Positions 53,198 through 64,000 of a stretch of 64,000 nucleotides of DNA are shown piece by piece. The notes beneath the pieces were generated by a model, which saw nothing but the letters and a program-made list of their open reading frames with translations, was not told the DNA's origin and made no database searches. The position numbers and the translations under genes were made by a program. Each line of letters starts with the position of its first letter. Positions within the stretch are counted from its first letter, which is position 1. The stretch covers positions 79,546,001-79,610,000 of the forward strand of contig NC_043000.1 in assembly GCF_006345805.1 (NCBI RefSeq), read 5' to 3'. This DNA comes from Octopus sinensis (lineage: Eukaryota).

Positions 53198-53429
53198 GGC
53201 GGTGAGCTGGCAGAATCGTTAGCACACCGGGTGAAATGCTTAGCAGTGTTTCGTCTGTCTTTACGTTCTGAGTTCAAATTCCGCCTAGGTCGACTTTGCC
53301 TTTCATCCTTTCGGGGGTCGATTAAATAAATACTAGTTACACACTGGGGTCGATATAATCAACTTAATCCGTTTGTCTGTCCTTGTTTGTCCCCTCTGTG
53401 TGTAGCCCCTTGTGGGCAGTAAAGAAATA
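53198..53429 (+). mobile_element. Young tRNA-derived SINE (232 bp)
   Basis: A-box-like TGGCAGAATCG and B-box GTTCAAATTCC. A perfect 16-bp TSD AGAATTGATTAAGAAC lies at 53182-53197 and 53430-53445. Confidence 0.92.
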
Positions 53430-56143
53430 AGAATTGATTAAGAACCCTTTCTTTAATTATGTTCCAAATATCACATTAATATGTTGATAAGTAAAAAAGT
53501 TACAGTTATTTAATGAAACAAGCCTAGATTCATGATTATTTTAGAATTTAAATGAAACTCATGAGGGGTGTATTTTGGTCCGAAATATTGTAACAAAAGG
53601 GTTAACTTAGAAATGTCTTCTTTCTTCCACCATCTTACGTCTTCTATAAATATGCAGTTCTTTGAAGCTAAAATGATTTCCTATCTTATCTTCTAATAGA
53701 GCCACCATTAATGCTGTAGTCATGCATACTTCCATCTTTATTGCTAAACATTTTGTGTGATATTATGTGTCTGACTTAGCAAGTTCCTGTAAGTATTCCA
53801 GTGAAAATTTGGTAAACTGTCTTCATTTAAGCACTTAAGGAAATCAGTAGAGAATCCACTCAGAATTCTTTCTTGTTCCACTTGGAGGAAATTAACTTTA
53901 ACTTTAAATTGTTTAATCTCATTAATATTCTTGGGTAAGGTATGGATGTTAGAACATCCAGTAGACTTCATGACAGTGTTTATGATAATAATTGTTTCAA
54001 ATTTCAGCACAAGGCTTGAAATTTGAGAAGAGGTTTAGTTGATACCATTGACTCCAGTACTTGAGTGGTACTTTATTTTATCTACTCCAAAAAGATGAAT
54101 GACATGGTTGAGTTTGAACTCTGAAACTGAAGAGCTGGAACTAATACTGCAAAACATTCCAGCACATTAATGATTGTGCCAGTGGCCCAGAGCAACATTT
54201 ATGAGGAGGATGTGGTTAATTAAACAAAATTTTAATGCTTGATTGTTACTTTATTTTACTAGTCTTAGAAATATTAAAAGGAAAGTCTGGACTGAGAATG
54301 TAAACAAATGTAATTAAATACTGAAAGGCATTTTGTCTGATATTCTGCTGATTTTTGCCAATCCACTGCATCTCTATATTTTTCACAAGTTGAAATATAA
54401 CAAGGACAAATTAGATAGGTTTTTAAGAATCATATTTGTAGAAACAGGCATGGTAACCAACAGAATAAACCAGCAGCAACTTGATGTGTTCAGCTCTCAG
54501 CCCAGGTTCCACTGCTCGTCAGGCTGAGAAAAGCAAACTGTCAAAGTATTGGTCGCTCTCCAACAGCTTGTGGCAGTGGAGACATCTGGCATTCTTGGCC
54601 CCCAGACCATATCCCTGCTCATTGTTGTCAGAGCAGAGATGGCTATCTGCAAGTGTGAGCACTGGGAGTCAGAATGGCTGTTCCAGCACATCTCCTGCAC
54701 CATTCTTCGGGGTACCACTTTTTGCACTTTCTCTTCTAGGACCATGAGGTGGTCTAAATTACAGGAAATTGAGAAACTGTAAGAATTTTGTAGCTTACTA
54801 CACAAACAATAAACAATAAATAATACATGAATACACTTCAGTAGGAGGTCAGCCATCTAAGCTCAATCAAAGAACATTACAGCTCCAGGACTACTCTCAC
54901 TACCAGAGCAAATGATTATGCTCTCTGGCTTACAAGTACAATTAGATTTGTTTACTTAGACCATACTTGCCACAGTCATCCACCTTCCAATAAATTTAGT
55001 GAAAGGCAGCACTTTCCTTCTTTTCCTATCATGTCATACTTGAAAAAGTCAATGAGGTCCTAGCTTGAAATATATTATTTGTCCTTAGTTCCTCAATGAT
55101 AATCCAATGTTTTAACAGCTATGTCCAGTTTACTGTCACTTATGAGACATTGACAAATATAAATCTCAATGTCATTTGTAACCCCTTAACACACACAGTA
55201 CATTGTCAGTTGTGGTTCTTAACACATTTTATTGATATTTGTAACTCCTTCACAGAGAGAGAGAGAGAGAGAGAGAGAAGGCGTCTATGTAGTTCTTGTG
55301 TCTATGTTCCCGACATGCATAACATCAACAGTTGTTGTCTAATTAACTGATTCTTCAAAATTTCTTGATCATATCTTTTTCAATTGCAAAGTTTTATTAA
55401 ATTTATTATTGAATAACAATATAGCACCTCTACAACAACACACCATCACTATTACACCATCATATTACCACTATCACATATCTTCATACTACATTACAAA
55501 CCCACCACTATCATATCACACTACTGTCCCCACTATCACACTACCAACCCTACCAGGTTGCTACCTCTACTACATTATCACAATGACCACCACTACTACC
55601 ACATCATAACAACCACCACTATGTCACCATCACAACCAGTGTGTCTTCAGGAAATGGCACTTGACTATCATCCACTCTGTAGTCTAAGTTGTTGCTAAAT
55701 TCTACGAGTGACTCCCTACCTAAACCAATAATTATTTCCGTAATACTTCTAAACCTGAAAACCAAAATTATATTTAGCTATTAATTTGCTGTTAAAAGTT
55801 ACACAGCAGTTAGGATACATTAACCAGCTGGTTAATGTTGGATCACTGTCAGACTGGCTTCATTTCATCAAGCTAGTCTTTATCACTAAAAGAAAGCCTT
55901 ATTACTAAAAAGAGATCTTAATATTGCTTATTTGGCTCAGTTACCTGATGCTAATGCTGCTGTACCACAGGTTGACTAAAGCCTTATAAGTTGATCATTT
56001 TGTTATGGAAACTGAAAAATATCTGTGTATGTGTGTGTGTGTGTGTGTGTGTATAGACTGTTATCTGACACTTCAATGAACATCTAGTGAGAAAGTGATT
56101 GGTAAGACCAGCTAAAATGGATATATAATACTGTATGTGTGTG

Positions 56144-56177
<34 letters not shown>

Positions 56178-57145
56178 CATACACATACATACACACACAC
56201 TCACACCCCCACACACACACTTGTGTGTATGAGTTTGTGGCTCCTTGTCATGACATCACAGGATAATTCTAATCAAAATGCATTGTGATAAAAGCTGCGT
56301 CCTACATTTCCAGTCTTCCATGAAAACATATCCTGACATGAGGGGAATGTTGCCTGAGTTGTAAACAAGTGAAGATTGATATCAAGATGGATAGTTGATC
56401 ATAGAAAATCTACCTCAAAGAATTCCATCTGACTGCACATGCATTGAAAAGTGGACTTTAAAACAGTGATGACAATAAATATGATGAGCATTAGTAAAAA
56501 TTTTAATGATTCATCATCAACATCGTATCTCCAAGGTGATACAATGAACTTTACTCAACATATCAACCTAATCAATACAGCAACTTGAATAGCTAATTTC
56601 AAAATAGTGTAGAAGTATCCTTCTTATGAATACATAAGTATCCCTGTATTTCACTCTTGTATATATCTATATCTAAGTAATATTCTAGTTTGTGTGGAGA
56701 TAGAAAGAACAAACAGACCCATGATGAAAGGTATTTTAGTTGTGGTCACCCCATCTTTTATTCAGACTGGTATAACTAGTTCCACATTATCCAATAATGT
56801 GTCCTTGATTCTGAGATATTGACCTGAATGAGATTTGGCTCCTATTAAGAGCAAGTCAAATTGCCTCATAGAAGATTCTTTGTTTGCTTGTATTTCCTAT
56901 TATGTCTCTGTAAATACCATCCTAGTTATATCAGGTGGCTTTCAAATATTAGTAAGGTATGATTCAATAACAGTGGATAAACCTGTATTTGCCGGCACCT
57001 TTTGTTGTTAAGTTTCATATAATCAGCTTAGTTAAATGAATGCTCAGTTGGATATGATATTGGTGACATAGATTTATAAAGTTTATATGGAATTTATTCT
57101 ACATGATAGTGTTCAGTTGTCAGTCTGTCTGTTAACATAAGTATA

Positions 57146-58400
57146 CACTATGTGATCAAAAGTATCCTGACACCCATCTGATAATGAGGTACAAGTTTGG
57201 GCCACTCTCCATCGGGAATACTGGCAGTCAATACTGTGTTGGCCCACCCTTAGCCTTGATGACAGCCTCCACTTTTGCAGGCATACTTTCGATCATGTGA
57301 TGGAAGGTTTCCTGGGGAGTGACAGCCCATTCTTCTCAGAGTGCCGAAATGAGCAAGGGCATTGATGTGGATTGGTGTGGTCTAGCACGAAGTCAGGTTT
57401 CAAAAACATCCAAAAGATGTTTGATGAGATTTAAATTGGAACTCTGCACAGGCTAGTCCATTAGTGGGATGTTGTTGTTGTCAAACCACTCCCCTACAAC
57501 TCCTGCAGTATGGACAGGTGCTTGGTCATGTTTTGAAAGACACAATGGTGATCTCTGAACTGGTCTTTGATGGTATTCAACACGAAAGTGGTTAAAATGT
57601 CATTGCAAGCTTGTGCCGTGACAGTGCCACACAAAGCAACAAGGGGGCTAAGCCCCTCCATGAGTAAGAAGACCATGTCATGACCCCACCACTGCTGAAT
57701 TCCACTCTATACAGGCTGGTGCATATCGTTCACCAAGCATATGCCACACTAACACCCAACTGTCAGTTTGCTACATTGTGTACCATGATTCATCACTTCA
57801 CACAATGGTTTTCCACTGTTCTATAGTCCAGTTCCGATGCTCTTTACACAATGCGAGGTGGTGTTGGATATTTGTCTGTAATGTATGGCTTATGGGTAGC
57901 TGCTCTTCCATGGAAACCAAGTTTCTGCACCTTGTGCTAAACAGTCATGGTGCTTGAAGTAGCTCCTGATGCAGTTAGGAATTCCTGTGTGATGGTGGTG
58001 AAGGATGATAGATGATTATGCTGCATGACCCTCTTCAACATTTGATGGTCTCTCGGGGTTAACATGGAAGGTTGGTCCAAATGCTTTTCAGTTGCACATG
58101 TCCCTTCATGTTTCCACTTCACTATCACATTGGAAATAGTGGACCTAGGGATGTTGAAGAGGGTGGAAATCTTGTGCACATGCTTAATAGACAAGTTGCA
58201 CCTGACCATGTTGAAAGTCCATTAGTTCTGCAGAGCATCCCATTCTGTTGCCAAATGCTGTTTGTCGACTACTGAGAATGCTGACCATGTGTTCCGTGTG
58301 GTAAATGGTAGTACTGTGGCGCCCTCTGTGATCTACAAAGTCACCCTCTGTGTTAAATACATGTTTTGCTGGGTGTCCAGATACTTTTGATCACATTGTG
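57146..58400 (-). mobile_element. Degenerate Tc1-like transposon with both TIRs (1255 bp)
   Basis: TIR CAC(T/A)ATGTGATCAAAAGTATC..GACACCC. HTH ORF 57937-58209, GFHGRAATHKP, FQHDQAPVHTA, WPVQSSNLNLIKH. Confidence 0.88.
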
Positions 58401-58499
58401 TGATCAATGTGCAAGTGTGAATGTGCACACATGCATCAAGCATGTGCTGTGAGTAAAATACTCTGGGCATGCTATATGTATTAATAAAGTAGATTGTCA

Positions 58500-58880
58500 A
58501 CAAGCATGACTGTTTGGTGAGGAACTTACTTCCCATCCACATGGTTCTGGGTTCAGTCCCTCAAGCTGTCTTCTACTATAGCCTTGGGTTGACAGAAAGT
58601 GAAAGAAGACTATCATATATATGTGTGTGTGTGTGTTTCTTTGTTTCTGTGTGTGCCCCCCCCCCCCCACTGCTTGACTATTGGTCCTGGTGTGTTTATG
58701 TTCCATAACTTAGCGGTACAGCAAAAGATATGGAAATAATAAGTACCATGCTAATATTAAAAAAAAAAAGATATGGATAGCAAAAAAAAATAAGCACTGG
58801 GGTTGATACATTTGACTAAAAAAATTTTTCAAGGCAGTGTCCCAGCATGGTTGTAGTCTTTTGACTGAAACAAGTAAAAG
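58500..58880 (+). mobile_element. Decayed tRNA-derived SINE with internal (TG)n and a CR1-like tail
   Basis: Head GTTCTGGGTTCAGTCCC and core CACTGGGGTTGAT, shared with 53198. Tail GTGTCCCAGCATGG...GACTGAAAC. Confidence 0.6.
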
Positions 58881-59749
58881 TTACTTACACATACAGAGAG
58901 AGAAAGAGAGAGGTGTTTAAGAATTCATAAATCAGAAAACATATGCACTCACCTGATCTTACCAATTGGTATGATACTGGGTATTAAACCAGATGTTAGA
59001 TGACAGCACAGTTACATAGTGCCATGTGTTCATCAGAGCCAGCTGGTATGGAAAAGAAATATGGCAGCTGTTCCCTTTTATTGTGGGTGCTATGAAAAAA
59101 GACAAAACAAACTCAACAAAGGTTGTATCAAGAGTCATATCCCTTAACTCCAAAAGCCTCTGAGTCTACAAGGGTTTTCTGAAAATGTGTGTAGGAGTTA
59201 GGGATTGGTATTTATGTAGGGCAGGAATATGTCAAGAGGTATTGCATGTTTAGGTTGTTTTGGGTGGGAGCAGAGGTGCTGGCTGGGTGCCCAAATGCTT
59301 CAACCAATGTTAGGGCTCATAAATGTCTGTGTTTGTGTATGTTTTAGTTAAACTCTTTGATAAGTTCTCAGGATATGGTCATGAAAGAGCCAAAGGTGAA
59401 ATGGTATTGTTTGGTCTGTACAGAGAGACAGAACCCATGGCTTCTGCAAATGCTCTTAGACAAATGAGATCAGTGCCATTACATTCTAGTTCAACTGTAG
59501 TAAATTGACAGTTGTATGGAAAACATTTATGGACAGGGAATAGCAGCAAGCTAACATTCTTTGGAACAAGAATTGGGCATTATGGTTTGTGCCAGATGTG
59601 AGCTAAGAAACATTTGAAAAATGTCTTCTCCATCATTCTAGAATGTTAATAAAAATCATCTACCATTAGTTTCATGAACTGAGAGAGCTTAGCCCCTTTA
59701 AGACAATGAAGGTCTACTAACAACCATTACTGTGCTACACTTATAAAAT

Positions 59750-60210
59750 ATTGTATGAAGTGCAATGTAGCATTGTAGCAAGACTTCAGCATTGAATGCA
59801 GAAACTGTGTGAAGGTTGGAAAGAAATGGAACAATCATTCTCCTGTGGATGTGTCATGTAAGAGTGCATGAGTGATGTGGTACAGATGAGCTGCGAAATT
59901 AACTAGGTTTAGGAGGAAACAACTGTAATGTGAAAAACAAAGACTGGGTGGTGGTATAGATGTGTAATGTTTATGGAGGATAACAGATGGGAAAAAAAGT
60001 TCCAAGATATTCAAGTAGAAGAAAACTGTGGAAGAAGTAAAACCTAAGAAGATATTAAAAAATAGTGAAAGCTATTTTCAGTCTGATGAATCCCACAAGA
60101 AATTACAAGAGAATGCAATAAATGGTGTGATATGCTGGAAAGGACACAACCAACCCATGTAGGCATGAGAAAATGAATGTAAAAATAATGAGAACAGTGA
60201 TGATTATGAA
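59750..60210 (+). mobile_element. Old RTE LINE 3' fragment
   Basis: Decayed LLWMCHVRVHE..TDELR.LGL motif and a tail resembling 2990-3048. Confidence 0.45.
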
Positions 60211-60343
60211 GCAGGAGCAGCACATCAACACTTATCTATGTGAATTGAGATTTAGATATTTCCTATTGAATCTTAAGTAACATCTTTATTTTATTAAAAA
60301 ATTTTATCTTCAAAGAGTTAACTGTGTCATCTATTGATTACCA

Positions 60344-60387
<44 letters not shown>

Positions 60388-61377
60388 TTCTTATACATTA
60401 ATCTTAAATATTATCTACAACTTAATCTATTACAACCACAATCCCCATTCAAAACCTCAAATACTTTATCTACCACAGAAGACTTTAAAGCATTTTTACC
60501 TCAGTTATTTTATTGTAGAGTTTTAAAAAAATTATCCTTACAGTCTAGTATTTTCTTTTAAACAAGGTTTACTTCAAATGTCAAATTTATAATACTCGTA
60601 TTACCAGTTTATATTAGAAGCTAGCAGTAATTACCTGGTGTTGCTTGTGTGAGTTATATTAAGTGAAACTGTTAGAAAATAAAATATGACAGCTAAGCTA
60701 AAAAGAAAACATTTATAAAAGAAAGCTACATTACCACAATGTAGCTGTTCCATATTACTACTAGTTTAACCCCAAGCAGATCTTCCACCACTTGGTTATC
60801 AATGCAGCACTGCACCCTGTACGCATATGTATAAAAGAACTATATTATGATTCTTTCTGCTATAGGATAAGGTGGCATATTTTGGAGGAAGGAACAGACC
60901 ATTATACTGACGCTTGTATTCATTGAAAATTAATAAACTAATAAAAATGAGGATATGGTTTCGCTATGGAAATGTATCCAGTAAGTTAATATGTGTGTGC
61001 GAATGAAGTTATATAAAAAAAAATGTGGAAGAAAAGAATGTATTATATACTAAATCTGAAAGAAAAATATGAAAGAATTATAATTATAATATGAAATAGT
61101 TTCACCTGTGAAATCAGTGAACAGTTTCACTCTGAGAATCAGTGAATTGAGAATAGCTTTAAGTATGTAGAATGTCCTACATTTTTGTTGTAGTTTCTAT
61201 TGTATTTATGCATCTTTACACAGACACAGTTTCATATTAAACATTTGTCATGAAAAGATTTTATAATGACTAATGTCAACTTAAAATCAAGCATGAAGTT
61301 TCAGCTCTGAGTGTTTAACCAGTAAACAGTAAAAAAAAAGAGGACTGACACATATTTTATTTATAAGATAATATTAA

Positions 61378-62791
61378 TCCTTTCAGCATTTAAATTGGTC
61401 ATATCCAGCCAAAATATTCTACGTTTTGTTTAAACCAGCCAGAACCTGGCTCTCACACACACCCTGCAATGTCAGTGTTAAAATATACAGTCTCATCTTC
61501 AAAATCTCAAAGCTACAAGATAATATGTGATTAATTCAAAACATCATCATCATCATCATCGTTTAACGTCCGCTTTCCATGCTAGCTTGGGTTGGATGAT
61601 TTGACTGCGGACTGGCGAACTAGATGGCTGCACCAGGCTCCAATCTTGATCTGGCAGGTTTTCTACAGTTGGATGCCCTTGCTAACGCCAACCACTCTGA
61701 GAGTGTAGTGGGTGCTTTTATGTGCCACCAGCATGCGGGCCAGTCAGGTGGTACTGGTAACAGCCATGCTCAAATGGTGTTTTTTACATGCCACCTGCAC
61801 AGGAACCAGTCCAGCAGCACTGGCAACAACCTCACTCAAATGTCTTTTCATGTGCCATTGGCGCAAGTGTCAGTAAGGCGATGCTGGTAACAATCACGCT
61901 TGAATGGTGCTTTTTAAGTGCCACTGGCACGGAAACCAGTTAGCCGCTCTGGCAATGATCATGCTTGGATGGTGCTCTTAGTGCTCCACTAGCACGGATT
62001 CCAGTCATCAAATTTGATTTCGATTTCACTTGTCTCAACAGGTCTTCGTAAGCAGAGTTTAGTGTCCAATGAAGGAAAGGTATGCATAAGTGGGCTGGTT
62101 ACACCCCTGGCATAGGCCACGAGGTTATGGTCTCATTTGGTTTGCCAGGTCTTCTCAAGCACAGCATATTTCCAAAGGTCTCGGTCTCTGGTCATTGCCT
62201 CAGTGAGGCCTAATGTTCGAAGATCATGCTTCAACACCTCATCCCAGGTTTTCCTGAGTCTACCTCTTCCACAGGTTCCCTCAACCACTAGGCTGTGGCA
62301 CTTTTGCACACAGCTATCCTCATCCATTCTCGCCACATGACCATACCAGCGCAGTCGTCTCTCTTGCACACCACATCTGATGCTTCTTAGGTCCAACTTT
62401 TCTCACAAGGTACTTACACTCTGTCGAGTATGCGCACAGACATTACACATCCATTGGATCATACTGGCTTCATTCCTTGCAAGCTTACGCATGTCCTCAG
62501 CAGTCACGGCTCATGTTTCACTGCCATGTAGCATGGCTGTTCATATACATGCGTCATACAGTCTACCTCTTACTCTGATCCTGAGGCCCTTTGTCACTAG
62601 CAGAGGTAAGAGCTCTCTGAACTTTGTCCAGGCTATTCTTATTCTAGCAGCTACACTTTCAGCACACCCTCCCCTGCTACTGACTTGGTTACTTAGGTAA
62701 CGGAAGCTATCAACCGCTTCTAGTCGATAGCTGTGAAACAATGTGAATAAATAAGCATTACATTTGTGAGAGTAATCTGAATACTAAAGGG
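61378..62791. mobile_element. piggyBac-type MITE (about 217 bp reconstructed) split by an RTE insertion
   Basis: TTAA at 61374-61377 and 62792-62795. The right terminus ATACTAAAGGG is identical to the piggyBac end at 1712-1722. Confidence 0.72.
61544..62735 (-). mobile_element. 5'-truncated RTE LINE with a (TGA)n tail
   Basis: VDSFRYL, ARIRIAWTKFRELLPLL, RRLRWYGHVARM, RGRLRKTW. AAACA is duplicated at 61539-61543 and 62736-62740. Confidence 0.9.
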
Positions 62792-62881
62792 TTAAAGATA
62801 ATGTATATAATTAATAATTTCTTCTGTATGTGTTATCTATGCTGTATTTGTCATACTTGATAATATGTTTCTAATTACCAG

Positions 62882-63054
62882 CATGAAGCCTGCAATCATG
62901 GTTACGAGAAAATTGCAAAGGTGCTACTTGACAATGGTGCACTTATCAATACACCAGGATCTGAGAATGATACTGCATTGCATGATGCTGTGAGGAATGG
63001 CAGAATTGGTTGTGTTAAATTGTTAGTGTCACATGGAGCCTGTCAGACACTCAG
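62882..63054 (+). CDS. BARD1: BARD1-like internal exon, ankyrin repeats: HEACNHGYEKIAKVLLDNGALINTPGSENDTALHDAVRNGRIGCVKLLVSHGACQTL(R)
   Basis: CCAG| acceptor and |GTATTA donor; 173 bp, phase 0/2. Aligns by eye to the human BARD1 HEACNHG...ALVNTTGYQNDSPLHDA...VKLLLSYGA segment. Confidence 0.88.
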
Positions 63055-64000
63055 GTATTATTTCTTTATTTAAAAAAAAAATTTTAATCAAGACTGTTCC
63101 ATACATTATAAACATCAGTATCAGAGAGAAAAAGGGAAGCAGGCCTGTTAGTGAGAGAACTGAATCATGTAGCTATTGCTTGTGGTAGTTTGAGTGTCTC
63201 TCTATTCAATGGATCTATTGTTCATTATCTGTCACAAATTGATACTTAAAATCTCTGATATCATGTACATTAGAACCTTAGTAGTTAATTAATGAATAAT
63301 TATACACCTTGATAATTGTCTTACGTGTTTCAACAGTTTAGTTGATATGTTTAAGATTCTTCACCAAATGCTGTGTAACCATGTAGTTGACCTACTTACT
63401 TAACATGATCCCTCATTTAAAGTACTAAATATTTGGATTTACTTGTATTTATTTTTGATTTAAGATTTCAGTTGATACATCTTCAAAGTGAATACCACAA
63501 CTACCACCAATTATAGGGTTCTATCAATTTGAAGATCTTATTGCTATTTAGCAAGTCTCTCTAATGCTCGAGAACATTTTAAAGAAGATTGAATTCATTC
63601 TACAAGCTATCATCATAGCACAATACCTACTTACAGCTTAGTGGACTGAGCTATTTGGAAGTATGCTGATAGTGGACGTGGCACAGTGTAGGCAACAATA
63701 TTCAATTTTGCCCATTTCATCTTGAGTTCAATGTTATTAACAAGACTGAAGGCTAAATATTAACCCTAGAATGGCATAATGTGAATCCAGGTAACATAGC
63801 TACGTGATTAATAATTATTTCATTAGCCCCTGGAGGTTGAAAGACTCAGTTAACCTGACTTTGATTGGATTTGAAGTCATATTGTAGAGATACAGAACTA
63901 AATACTAAAAGACACTACTTTCTTCTGTATTTCAGCTACTTTATATCTAATGCTACTTGTAAAACAGTAACAGTATTGTAGGTTTTGGAAAGTCTGATTA

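Larger units (their letters stand above)
50580..53601 (+). mobile_element. piggyBac deletion derivative (same family as 26888-27883, opposite orientation) hosting three nested insertions
   Basis: TTAA at 50576-50579 and 53602-53605; TIRs CCCTTTCGTTAC / CCCTTTTGTTAC. Transposase remnants MDRSFMLSSIDSEF (50851), FSEE..KPLDFYFF (about 51825-51900) and GLGNDVVWNLSLPYHNQGRILFFDRFF (about 52805-52885). Confidence 0.88.

Noticed and set aside
53198-53290. tRNA gene
   Set aside because: A/B boxes are present but there is no cloverleaf. It continues into a SINE core and tail and is flanked by a TSD.
54333-54856. GC-richer patch with ORFs on both strands and a CxxC motif (ARCLHCHKLLES)
   Set aside because: Possibly a very old LINE zinc-knuckle remnant, but the motif is incomplete, so no family call is supportable.
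63900-64000. Next BARD1 exon after TTTCAG at about 63934
   Set aside because: The phase-2 continuation stops after 15 codons and lacks the expected N..G..P ankyrin start.

Overview
This is AT-rich animal genomic DNA with a 100-N gap at 25660-25759. It is dense in (TA)n/(CA)n microsatellites and transposon relics; the repeat content resembles an octopus or other coleoid cephalopod (inference, not verified). The only host coding sequence I can support is two + strand ankyrin-repeat exons (44476-44556, 81 bp; 62882-63054, 173 bp) that splice in frame and read as BARD1, so most of the window is probably BARD1 intron. The rest is decayed mobile DNA: piggyBac (two families plus MITEs), Tc1, mariner, Tigger, Helitron-like elements, MULE/foldback-like MITEs, tRNA-derived SINEs, and LINEs of the CR1, RTE, R4/Dong and Tx1/L1 types. 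Four observations stand out. (1) A near full-length CR1-type LINE has an ORF1 that appears to join a trihelix Myb/SANT-like domain to a CCCH zinc finger, behind a pyrimidine-rich tandem array ending in a splice-acceptor-like site. (2) A perfect 39-bp hairpin encloses hammerhead ribozyme core motifs. (3) One piggyBac hosts three younger insertions, each with its target-site duplication. (4) A sequence module is shared between a Helitron-like element and a TIR MITE. All family calls come from motif recognition by eye; no database search was run.
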